Of a DNA stretch of 64,000 bases, positions 23,546 to 35,544 are shown in pieces (the first letter of the stretch is position 1; each line of letters starts with the position of its first letter). Both the position numbers and the translations under genes were made by a program. The DNA comes from Perna viridis (Eukaryota): assembly GCA_037379345.1 (NCBI GenBank), contig CM074522.1, forward strand, positions 31,744,001 through 31,808,000, given 5' to 3'. The notes below the pieces were generated by a model. The model saw nothing but the letters and a program-made list of their open reading frames with translations. It did not search any database and had not been told where the DNA came from.

Positions 23546-26500
23546 ATGGACACAGAAACCTTTGACGTCATAATTGTAGGTGGCGGCATTATAGGGACAT
23601 ACACAGCTTACCGACTTATACTTGAAAACCGAAAAGTTCTTTTGATAGATCAGGTATTTATCAATTATGGACTTTACAACACAAGACGGGTATGTGACGT
23701 GTATTTTATATACACACATAAATATGATCATGACTAGTTATAATTTTTGCTAAGAATCAGGTTAAAAATAAAAATAGACTAACAAACTTTCAAATGGTAC
23801 ATTTACACATGTTACGTTCCAATATTATTGTATTGATATTGATATTTGCAATAATTGCGTGTCTGTCTATAAAAACAAGATGGGAAATTTTTATTAGAAA
23901 AAATACAAATTGACAGAAAGAAATTATTACAGTGAGATGCATCGTATGTTTAAATTTTAAATAAATAATGCATTGTTTAACCAAAGACATGTTTAAATTC
24001 AGGTCGCCTCTGTAAATTATATTTTGCAGTCGAAAAATGAATTTACCTTGACAGATTGAGATTTATTTTACTATCCTGAGTTTTCCAGAGACCAGGATTT
24101 CTAGAAAACAAAAGCAAACAAGACTGTGAATCTGTAATGACTCTGAGACTATATCATACTCCACGCCACATACTTTATGTGCCTCTCCCAAGCCCGGAAC
24201 CTGTAGTCCAGTGGGTGTTGGTCTTTATTATGAATTTCAGGTTTTTTTTTCTATAGATTATGTCGATTTTAGTCTTTTATAAGTTGTTTCTTTTCCTTCA
24301 TCTTGGGGGCTTTGATAGCTTGTTTAATGGTATGCACATAACTGAAGAACATGTGGTGACTTGTAAAAAATAAATTGCTTGGCTTTTGGCGGATGACTGT
24401 CTCATTGGCCTTCTATTTTTACATAAATTATATGATAAAACGTGATATTAAATAACTGTAAAATATTGATACAGTCAAACCTGTCAAAATAAAACCTCTG
24501 TAATTTTTAATGCTTTGTTCGCATTCAGCATGTGTTCAATTTTCACAAGATCAAATATTTTAAGTACAGTTCTGACAAAAAACCAGACAAAGGCATACAA
24601 TAGATTATTCTGGATTTCTTAATCCCAATCCTTCTGTAGGCCACATAGAAACTGTATAGGAGATATATAAGTGCAAATAAAAGTAGGCCACTGGAAAAAT
24701 CAAAACTTAAAATTTGGTAATTTTCTACTACAGAAAAAGTACGGGAAAATTTACAGCCAGATTTGTTTTACACTATAACTAGTGAAATAATAGGAGATCC
24801 CTAATATTTGTAACTGGAAATCCATCAGTAGGCCTCATAGAAACAGTATTCAAAAACAAAAGTAAAATGAAAATTACCCACTGGAGATATCACCACTTAC
24901 ATTTTACTTATGTTCTAATGCAGAAATTAAAATACAGGAAAACTTCTCTTCTGAATTTTTACACTATAACCAGTCAAAGATATTTCACGATAAGTAGCAG
25001 ATCCAACATAAACATAGGGAGGGTTGTTTGTAAGAACTAACAAAGGCATTTATAAAGTTACATTGATTTTCTTAATAGATGATGAATCCCCCCGTGCCTC
25101 GTATTGAGGCAAGAACCATACTTGAGAACTATTCTGTTTAATAATCAAGCAAAATATGTATAAGGTGAGGCAGATTAAGAAACAACACATTTGTATGGTC
25201 TTATGCAAGTATTTATACTTCATGACCTTCTGAAACAACCATCAAAGTGATTGTAAAGTTTACCTTTTTAAGATATTGATAGGTCAAATTCAGTTCAAAT
25301 GAACTATGAAAAAAAAATGTTAGAACATTTTCAAGCATTATTTCCCTTTACAAGAAATCAAACATATCTATGATATAGATGCTTCATGATAAATTGAAAT
25401 AGTTTTTAGTTGTTTTCTAGATGAGGCAAAAAAGACCAAATTAAGAAAAAAATGACGTGCCAACCATTGTCTAATGTTTTACTCAGATGGTACTTTTGAG
25501 TTGTATGTAGGGACTTTGTCTTTTCCTATATGTTTCCTGTTTCCTATATATCAGGAGCGTTCGTTTATTTTTGTACTTTGTTTATTTTATTGATTTAACT
25601 GTTATTTTATATATTTTTTTGCTATTATTAATTTTTATAATTTCACTAATTTTATTTTCTATTTTTTCTGTCCTGATTATATATCAATATGATTATTTTT
25701 CGTCGTTCATCTATCGTGCGTTTAAACGCACAATATGAGCGTTTGTCTATCTTGCGTTTAAGCGCACGCTAGGAGCGTTCGTTTATTGTGCGTTTAAACG
25801 CACGATAGGATCGTTTGTTTAAACGCACGATAGAAGAGTTTGTTTATCGTGTATTTGGTAAGCGTTTAGCGTGCGTTTGGTTATCTTGCGTGCGGGAAAC
25901 CTAAACGTCTCAAGGAGTGTAAAAAGCTTTGTGTTGTACTCGCTTTGTTTAATGTTTTCTTCAGTTTTCTTGTTCGAATGGGAGCTCTAGTGGCCGAAGC
26001 CGAGGTGTACAAAGATCAACATTGTTAGATCCTTCAGATTGCTTGGAAAAGATGATAATTTTTTCGCTCATGCAATGGAATGACCTTGATGAAAAGTATC
26101 CACAAAAGTTTATGAGGTAGTAAGGTTTTTGCTTAACTCGAATAAAACCATACACATAATCTTGTAATCATCTTAATTGGACTGCTTCTGCCAATCATAT
26201 GTCATTGTTTGTACTAAACACGCATGAGTAGTTACCTCCCTGATACAAATATTATCATATGTCATGTGTAATATACACTGAAACCACAAAATTTAATTTT
26301 TCCTTATATTTACTAGTATATATTTTACTATGTTATGAACAAAAAAGTTGATATTTTTGGGCAATATTCATACAAAATGCAACAGTATGAAAGGCGGAAG
26401 TCAAGGTGAGAGCGGCAACGTTAGGGAAACAAAACAAGAAACAACATATACTAATTTAATTCCACAGGGGTAACACGGTTTCTGATTGGTTAAAAAAATC

Positions 26501-29500
26501 GTTTATCAACTCATAGACTATTCAGGATTTGATTTTTGGTTTATACAGGTTTTATGGTATATAATTCGAGATTCATTTAGCAGTTCATTTAGAGAAGGTA
26601 AAATAATAACTGCGCTAATATTATACATTTCAATTTTTAGACCGACGAACTTGCTTTATGTCGGAAGAAAAGATGAGTCATTTGTGAAACAAGCGAATCA
26701 AGAGGACCCAGATGATGAGAAAAGAAACAGAGGAGACAATTTTAAACTATTCAGTAGGAGTGACATTCGTGAACATTATCCAGACCTAAACATTCCGGAA
26801 GATTACGTCGGTTTGCTAGACGCAGACTCCAAAACGTTATTTGCCGACGATATAATTAAACATCTAATGGTATTTGTTTCCTTTTATTTATGAATAATCA
26901 AAAGTGATGTTCAATTTTAAGTGCCTGATTCTTACAGGGACTGCCATTTAAAAGTGGAAACTTGCTTTCTATATATAGTATCAAATTGATACTGGGAAGA
27001 TATTGTAAGCAAAGAAGGATCTGAAAACTTCCTAACGATGTTAGAACTGTCAAATTTGCGAAGCAAAATTTTTGGTCGTTCCCTTCGCGGGACTCAAACT
27101 CGCACCGCTCTGACATCTATGGCAACACCGCCTGCATAGATTAATCTAGGTCTGTAACTTAGTACACGATGTATGGTAGTACGGGACAGTTCATCTAGAA
27201 GTTCTGATTTTTGTGGTTTTGGGAACTTGAATTTTATACACTTAATTAAGTGTCAGTCTTTGTCAGAATCTGGCAGAGTCTGTGAAACATAGTATGAAAA
27301 AAAACGTCATTATGATATTGTAGTTTTACTATTTGCACGATCAGAATCATAGAAAAAGAAAACAAATCATATCATGTTGGTGCATTGTGTTATAATTTCA
27401 TTCAAATGCATTGAAAATGCATATTTTAAGGGCAGATAACTTCAAAAACCTCATTTGTTTTTCTAGTATTCTTTTGAAAATTTCTGAACGAATCTAGTGA
27501 TGCAGATCAAATAATGGTTTTTTTTTCCAAATAAAAGAAGCATTCTTGAATGAAATCATATTTTCAGATCGATGGAGTTTTGATATGCTTGTTTCTGATT
27601 TTTCCCATTTTTTCTTGAACTTTAGTCAATCTCAGTGACATTAATGACAATTTTATTTCTTGTCGTTTTTCTTTTCTAAAAGATCAGGTTCGATCCGATT
27701 AAGCTCTATATTCCTAATTATAAAACATTCATTGCTTTGTGTAATTGTTTGATTTAGTGTGATTTTTTTCTCTGGGTAGGATGAGTTTTTAAGAAGTGGC
27801 GGAAAACGTGTGACAACAAAAGTGGAAAATATCATATCATGCGGGAATGTTACAGTTCATACTGCCATGGGCGTACTCCACTCAAAGAAGGTTTTACTTG
27901 CAACAGGGCCATGGTCAAATGACTTTTTAACTGCATTAGGACTTTCTGTTCAGATTAAGGTATGTGGTTAAACAATTGTGGCCAAACAATGCTGTCAGAA
28001 TTCGTTTTTGATATTTTAATTTCTTCAAAGTTTGAAATAATCTTTTTTTTTTCAGATTACGATTAATCTTCATGGTTTATTTTCTTAAAACATATCAATT
28101 CATCTCTGAAGAACGAAATTTTTGATACATCAAATTTTCTCATTTTATACATCAGTCATATAACTAAATTAGAGTTTAACACTTTAAGATGTTAAGTAGT
28201 AGTCTTTGTAAGAATCATGCAAATTCTGTAAAATGTGATACATCTAAAAAAAAAAAAAAGGCTACATATTTTTATTTTTGTAATTAAGTTGCTTTATAGA
28301 TCTATATGATGAAATATATAATCATTTATTCCAATCTGTCTGCTTTTAGGAGATAATCCACATTGAAAATACAACAGTTTCTATTGTATTTAACTGTCAT
28401 TTACAGAGTTATCTCCATTAGTTATGAATTCTACAGTACATTCTATATAATATTTATCTCCTGAGAGCATATACTATGTTTACTATAACAATTTAAACAA
28501 AATATCAAGAATAAAAATATGTAGGCTTTCCAAACATGAATCATATTTTGCATGATTCTTAGGTGGAGTGCTACTGAACTCTTTAAGATGTTAATTAAAA
28601 TAGTAGTGAAAGGAGAAAGCACAATTATATAACTAATAAATTGCAGGAAGTCGTAAAAAAAAAAGACAACTTAAAAATAAAATCAGTTAAAAAATAAAAT
28701 CAGTTCGACAAATGGTAATTTCAATAAAGGTGTTTATAGAAAAGCAGAGGACGCTTACCCTAACGGTGCACCTGGTCCATGCTCCCAGTTTTTAGTGGAG
28801 TCCGAGTTACTCATTTACTTTTGTTACTTTGTATGTATGATTTTAGTAACTTATGTTCTTTGTTGTGTATGTCTGTTTTCCATGTCTGGTCTTTGTCCCT
28901 GGAATACATTCTTTTGATTACCGCTATAACCTTGGTTCCCTTGATTACTCGGTCAACCATACTATTCATAATTTTCCAATGAAAACGGAAAACCAGGTTT
29001 TATATTGTGATATTCCTACTGCGTCCATTAGAACTGATTAGAATGATAAAATTGCAAAACAAACGGGAAAAAATTACAACCGGATAAAATTGGTTAAATT
29101 AGTATCAAAACAGTAATGTGTCAGTTTTTGTACTGTTTTTGTCGTTATTCGTAGAGTTTGATGTCAATCAAGCTGGAAGACAAACTTTTTAGTCTTTCCG
29201 AAAAATTGAGGATTATTGAAATTGTTTTCATTATATTTTTGACATCTTTTGTCGTTTGTCGCCGATTAGTGGATGATATTATTAAAAAAAATAATTTTTA
29301 TCTATTGTTTATTTTATAGACAAAACACATCAGACAAGTATATTATAAACTGAAGTCTCCTGATATTCCCACACAATTTCCGACCGTAGTTGAATATAGA
29401 AATGGTAAAGTTAATTGGTCGAATATTACTACAGAGTACGGGCCATGCTTAAAGGTTAGAATACACGTAATTTCTTTTAACTATATAAATGAACATTCTA

Positions 29501-31975
29501 ATATTTATTAAATAGTTATCTTATTCCAATATATATATCAGTATATTCATTCAGGTAACATACGTTCATAAATATACCAACATTGCTTGGATATCTTATT
29601 TCAACAAACATTTATAACATGAACTAGTAGATAAGCAATGTTCGTAGAGTGCATGGTTCTCGCATACTTTTCTCGCATCACGACAAAATGCGATTCTCGA
29701 AACCTTTCGAATTTTGTACGTGTTTCCATGAACTTTTCGAAAACTAAATTACCGCAAAACTATCGTGGTTATACAGCATTTACGGCGATGTTCAACTTGT
29801 AAAAATATTTAAGGAATGTAAATAATATCTGCATATATTATACTGTATAAAGAACTTTGGTTCGGATTACGCAGAAATCGAGCCAAAGTTCTATACACAA
29901 GATAATAGTATTCAGATATTAGATATATTCCTCATTATTTAAAATGTTTGCAAAACTCTAATGATAAATTTGCTATCTATTACTGCCACTTGACATGGTG
30001 AAAAATCCGGTTAAAAGTGGTGTGGTTTAACGTTCATGACATCAGCTGAGTGGAACAATTGTATCCAAAGTAAAAGAAAAAACGTCGGCATCTTTTCAAA
30101 TAGTAAAAATGGGTATACTAAATTATTCATTAATACCAATATTATCTCTAATTCATTTTTTTTAAGATTTTACTGAGTGGTGATTATGATGTTAACCCAA
30201 CAGATATAAATATGATAAGAAACATTGAATTAACAGAGAGTATTGATTCGTATGCAAAACAGAGATTTAAGAATTTGGAAGATACCCCTGTTTCCATTGA
30301 GAACTGTATTTATTCGGTAATTGTATATTTACACACACAACAAAGAAACATGAAATAACCAAAACAATATAACAAAGTAACAGTAAATGAACAATTCGGA
30401 CTCCACTTAAAACTGGGATTATGAATCAGGTACACCGATAGGGTGAATCAGGTACACCGATAGGGTAAATATAAATACAACAAAACAAGCTTTAATAGCA
30501 AACGGTTGCAAAACTCAAAACCACATTCCTTAAACATATCAATATGACACTCATATTTTAGTTTGTCAGGATATCAATTAAATTTTTCTGCTATTTCTTC
30601 CGCAACTTACATTCTATGTGACAACCATTTATTCGCGGCAATGTGGTTTCACCATTGTCTTCCTTCTCATGAAAGAGAATATAAACCACTCGAGAAAACT
30701 ATAGGATAAACAGTATAAAGTAAAATGTGTCTAGGGAGAGTCATCAAGAATCAACCAGAAACAAAGATATATATGTACTTCAAGGATAAAACGATACCGA
30801 GAGAATTGAAACACACAAAATAAGAAATTGATAAAGCAAAACTAACACTTACAAATTAACAAAAGTTAATGTGAAATCCGAACTGCACCAAGAGTTCAGA
30901 ACACATGCACCGATAGGGCAAGACCTATCAGCCTATCGGAGAAAACAACGAGACAATTCGGTCTCAAATCAAAAAAGAATCGTAATAATTGGGTTCACTG
31001 ATCAATCAATGGAGTTATAAAATATACATTACGGTTGATATTAAATAAGAAGTGTGTTACTCCTTAGAAGTTGTCTACGTAAAAACCTAGGGAAACATGT
31101 GGATACTTAATCATTTTTTAAACTGTACTATCAACGTTTTCTATTTCTAGATTATCAGGAGCTGTGTTATTTGTTTTATAAGCCATTAGTTACCTTTAAC
31201 ACTAAAATTTTATGAGGTTCAATCAGTTTAAGAACTTTTTTCAGCTTACACCCGATTTAAAACCATTGATTGGGATTCATCCACAATACAAAAACATCGT
31301 AGTTGGCGTTGGAATGTGCGGTAAGATTTTTTTTACCTGTAGCATTTATATTGTACATCTGTTATAAATGTGAATAGTAAACACACCCATACCCTCCTAA
31401 ACATTTAAGTAGCAGTCTGTGTGAGGATCATGCAAATTCTGTAATATGTGATACATCCCCAAAATGGCTGCACATTTTCATTTATCTCATTAAGTTGCTT
31501 TATAGGTCTATACAATGAAATGTATAATTATTAGTTCTAATCTATCTGTTCTATTTCTATTTATTTCAGTGTAATTTACAGAGTTATCACCCTGAAGTTT
31601 TAAATCTATGGTGTGTTGTATATAATTTGTTATCTCTTATTTACAAAGGTTCGATGAGGAGCCACATGTGATTCTCTGTTTACTTAAGCATTTTAAACAA
31701 AATAAAGATATGTAGCCTTTCCAACTATGTAACACATTTTGCATGATTCTTAGCTGGAGTGCTTTTTATCTAACGATGCTAAATCAAGATTAAGATGGCG
31801 ACATTTTTGAATATTTATAATAATTCGATATTATGTGGCTAATTATACATATACATTCATTTCAGGATATGGCTTTGGGAACTCTCCAGCAATTAGCATC
31901 GTTCTATGCGATTTGTTATGTGACAGGAGTCCTCGGTTTAAAATAGACGAATTCGCTTTAAACAGATTTTTGTAA
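23546..31975 (+). CDS. PIPOX: Peroxisomal sarcosine/pipecolate oxidase-like FAD-dependent oxidoreductase (divergent; 8 exons, 379 aa)
   Basis: Exons 23546-23653, 25965-26116, 26641-26869, 27780-27959, 29320-29454, 30167-30316, 31245-31320, 31866-31975 total 1140 nt, in frame, GT-AG. DVIIVGGGIIG Rossmann motif, GSSSGRSR, LATGPW, CIYSLTPD (flavinylation Cys), HPQYKNIVVG, and an FALNRF C-terminus typical of the MSOX/PIPOX family. The symbol marks the family, not proven orthology. Confidence 0.88.
24635..24980. repeat. Degenerate tandem duplication of about 190 bp
   Basis: GTAGGCC.CATAGAAAC.GTAT...CCACTGGA.A.ATCA...TTTTACACTATAAC.AGT occurs twice (about 24637 and about 24828). Confidence 0.65.
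25705..25920. repeat. 36-bp minisatellite with a palindromic core
   Basis: Units start at 25711, 25747 and 25783, followed by partial copies. Consensus core TATCGTGCGTTTAAACGCACGATA is self-complementary. Confidence 0.8.
27025..27190 (-). mobile_element. tRNA-derived SINE-like fragment (related copy at about 835-900, +)
   Basis: GCAGGCGGTGTTGCCATAGATGTCAGAGCGGTGCGAGTTTGAGTCCC versus GTAGGTGGTGTTGTCATAGATGTTACAGCGGTACGAGTTCGAATTCC; B-box-like GAGTTCGAAT. Confidence 0.45.
28196..28574. mobile_element. TTAA-flanked MITE family M1
   Basis: TTAA|GTAGTAGTCT..TAAGAATCATGCAAA...TTTGCATGATTCTTA..GGAGTGCTAC; imperfect TIRs of about 28 bp. Confidence 0.8.
28729..28950 (+). repeat. Naiad-type 3' UTR copy (young)
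   Basis: Near-identical to copies at 43620, 57312 and 40757(-). Confidence 0.9.
29812..29931. repeat. Imperfect foldback palindrome (about 120 bp)
   Basis: AGGAAT...TAATATCTG...AGAACTTTGGTTCG / CGAGCCAAAGTTCT...CAGATATTA...ATTCCT. Confidence 0.75.
30330..30470 (-). repeat. Naiad-type 3' UTR fragment with an internal 21-bp direct duplication
   Basis: TGAATCAGGTACACCGATAGGG occurs twice (30422-30465). Confidence 0.65.
31409..31763. mobile_element. MITE family M1
   Basis: Colinear with 28196-28574. Confidence 0.8.
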
Positions 31976-32634
31976 CTGTTGCTCCGAATAACTTCGTTTA
32001 GGTCTTTTTGACCTTTGAAAGAAACAAATTTGTATTTTAGTATGATTTATTCTTGATTATTTATGTAACAATTCACAGGTTGTTTTCCTTTTTTCATTGT
32101 TATAGCGTAATTATCGCCTTAGAAAATTTATTATAAGATAAGCATATATTACAAGCATTGGTATATAAGATATTGAAAACTGCATTTTTATCATGGGATG
32201 GAAACAATGATAATGCTCATACCCACTTACTGCTACATAGGGCCAACGTTGGGCCAACGCTGTCTTGCCAACGCCAACTCATAACCAACGAACTTATCAC
32301 CAGCCAACGTTGGAACAAAAATTGGATTTAAATTGATTTGTATGTTTTTTTTTCACATGGACTTTGTCATTTATCATGTCGTAACTACGATGTTACAAAA
32401 TTACAGAATTACCAAACCTGATCAAATCAAGATATTTATCTGTTTTGTTTATTCCATAGAAAGCGTTTAGAAGCAGAAGTGTGTCGTTTGTCTTGACTTT
32501 TGCATTAGTTACAAAATAAAGAAAACTCTTAACCTGGAATCAAAAATAAGCTTAAATACATTGATTGGCTGTTTGTTACCTATATATTCGTGCGTTTTAC
32601 CAGTCCATCCTCTTTCCCATGCAGTTTATATCTC

Positions 32635-32830
32635 TCCCTACCGGTGCGCCTGGTCCGCGCTCACAGTTTTTACTGGAGTCCGAGTTGCTCATTTAGTTTT
32701 GTTACTTTGTATGTATTATATACGTTACTTTATGTTCTTTGTTGTGTTTGTCTGTTTTCCGTGTCTGGTCTTTGTCCCTGAATTGCATTCATTTGATTTC
32801 CACTGAGTCTTGGTTCCCTTGATTACTCTT
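32635..32830 (+). repeat. Naiad-type 3' UTR copy
   Basis: CCCTACCGGTGCGCCTGGTCC...GGAGTCCGAGTTGCTCATT...CCCTTGATTACTCT. Confidence 0.85.
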
Positions 32831-33963
32831 TAACAACTCATTCGATTGCTAGAAATGATAACATTTGCATCGATTTCCTTTACAGACAAAATATACTTGG
32901 TAATGTTAATGTTTATTGTAGAATGATGTCTTCGTTCTGATAGTAATAAAGCCTCACTTCCCAATTTAGTGTTTGCAATAATCAGGCAAAATTGGAAATA
33001 AAATCAGAAACATGCATGTGAAAACCCCACCGATCTGACAATCAAATATCAATCAAGGACGTCTTTTTCTACTTGAAAAGACCATTATTTAATCACTGCA
33101 TCACTGGCTTTGCATAGAACTTTTTCAATAGAATCTTAGAAAAATGAGGTTTTTGACAGATCTGCCTTTGAAATGTTCATTTTTAGTGCATTTCAATGAT
33201 AATGTAACTCAATGATCCAGAGTGATATGGAAAAATTTGTCTGTCTACCTGATTCTGATGGTGCTAATAATTAAATTACACTATCAAAATTATGGTTTTT
33301 TCATACCATGTTGCACCTACTGCCTAATTCTTTCAGGAACTGACACTTTACCACTGACACTATGATAAACGACTTTAACCAAAAAAGATACGAATGTCCG
33401 TAAGCAACGCAGCGATTGCTTTTAACTGGGGAAAAATTATCGCTAGATAAGAGTGAAATGGATAAATAGCAATAGGAAAGTTGTCACAATCCATGAAGTT
33501 CAATTTTCAATGTTCTCGATGGAGTCTATATCTAAATGATGTTTCTCGTCACTTTTAAAGTGACTGCATAACTATTCTTAAACTGAAACTAATGTCTTGA
33601 AACTTGATTCATATTTCTAACCATTAAAGTATGGATATCGGTTCTAATCACTTGTACAATAGTCCTCATTTTCATGCTTAGTTAGAGTCTTTAAATCAAA
33701 AAGGATCTGCTTGACCATTACACGCATACATTGGATAAAATTTGTGCGTCTTTTGTATAATTATGAAGATTTCACATATGAAGTCGAAATAATTAAATGT
33801 TGTCAGTTACTGACAAAATGAGTGTTTATAAAAAAAATCACCCAATCGTTTAGAAAAGAAAGTAACACTTTTTTTCTAAAAAACAAATAAAAATAATGAA
33901 ATTAAAAAAAAATAAAATAAAATAAAGCATGTTGCATCTACTCTTGATAGCTTTTGTTTTTAA

Positions 33964-34495
33964 GCCCCTTGCAGGTCCGGTGTCAAAAGAATAGGCCTGC
34001 TGCAGCGCTAAGCTTGTGGTAAAAGGCGACTAAATAGTGCCCAGAAACCTAGCCGGGGCTAGGTGCTCTGCCCACAGAGCAACTGGGTTGGGTGCCCCAG
34101 ATGGTGGAATGGGGTACCCCTAGCGTATTATATGCTGGGGTTGTCAGGCTGTAATACGGAAAACCTTACCGCAAACCATAGTGGTGCACCGTGTTTGGAA
34201 AGATGCCACGTTCCTCGCACGTTAAAGAACCCTGCTGTGGTATTCGATAGGAGGTAGGAACCTTTGTGATCCGCCACAGGAGGCAAAATTGTCCGATCTT
34301 ACCCATCCCCCCTTTTTCTAGTGGCAATCTAAATATGTCGACCCTATTGCCCTTTTGTCCTATCCCTTTTTCATTTCATTTTATCATTATTATCATCATT
34401 AATGTTCATTTTACCATCAATTTCATGTTCATCGCCTGAATATAGCTGAAATATTGCTGTTCGGGCGTTAAACCCCAAAAATTAATCAATCAATT
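33964..34495 (+). mobile_element. SINE-like non-autonomous retroelement with a structured non-tRNA head (copy 2)
   Basis: Same family as 21243-21744, with a (CAAT)n tail. Flanked by an apparent 12-bp TSD TTTTGTTTTTAA (33952-33963) / TTTTGTTTCTAA (34497-34508). Confidence 0.82.
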
Positions 34496-35089
34496 ATTTT
34501 GTTTCTAAAGACTTGGATTGTCTCTTTTTTTTTCACAAAATGTAATGCTATATAGAACGCTTGTCGATGTTTAAGTTTATTTTAGTCATTACTTCGCATA
34601 TTTGTTCGATTTTTCGAAAAGTCGTAAGTGATAAATGATCGTAAGTGATAAAATAATCGTAAGTAATGACATAGCATTGAGTTCAATATAAAAATATATT
34701 TCTGTGTAAAAATACTGTTAAAAAAAACAAATATCTAGTTTTACAGGATAAAAATGTAAGAAAAGTATAAAATAGAAGATTTTGCATTGTGATGTAGCTC
34801 TTCGATTTCCCGGATGTAAACAATAAAATGCATATCGGTCTTCGGATTTCAATACGTTCTACATCGAAAATTCCGAAAGGGAAACTGAAACTAGAACGAG
34901 ACTTACAAACCCTATTATGAAGTCATAACTTACAACCAATTTCCATGTTAAGACTTTCGTGAAATGAATCTATAGATTTTATATTTCAACCAAATGAACG
35001 TAAATAGGACGTCTCTTCTGTTGCATATGTTGGGTATATTATCAAACCACCACAGTTTCGTATTATTTGGTGTATAGTATACGAAGTGA

Positions 35090-35507
35090 AAGTAACACTA
35101 AAGATAAGAGTAATGCAAAATGTGATTCATTGTTGGAAAGCCTACATTTTTTTAATTTTTGGTATTTTTTTAACATGTTACAGTAAACAGTAACTAACAA
35201 GTGGATTTTCGTATAACCCTTGTTTTAGGAGATAAAAATATACAAAATGTAAACTAGAATTTAGAATTAAGGGACATAAAACTGTATTTGGCATGAAAAA
35301 ATCAGTAGAATAGAAAATGTTGGATTTTAAATGTGGACTATCTCCTAAACGCAGACAGATTTGTTGAAAAAATGATATATTTCACCATATTGACCTATAA
35401 AGCAACTTAATAACAAAACAGAAAATGTTTATTTTTTTTCTTTGGGGGCAGAGGGCTTTATCAGATATTACAGACTTTGTATGATTCTTTCAAATACTAT
35501 TATTTAA
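35090..35507. mobile_element. MITE family M1, degenerate, reverse orientation
   Basis: GCAAAATGTGATTCA...TTGGAAAGCCTACAT...GACCTATAAAGCAACTTAAT...TTTGTATGATTCTT. Confidence 0.6.
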
Positions 35508-35544
35508 TAATGCAGAACACTGATAAAACATAGCATCATATATA

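Noticed and set aside
25705-25920. CRISPR-like palindromic 36-bp periodicity
   Set aside because: Units are contiguous with no unique spacers, there are no cas genes, and the context is a eukaryotic intron.
28779-28982. Recurrent Cys/Leu-rich 60-80 aa ORFs (also at 425, 6906, 32561, 43684)
   Set aside because: These are translations of the T-rich Naiad 3' UTR repeat; frames are not conserved between copies.
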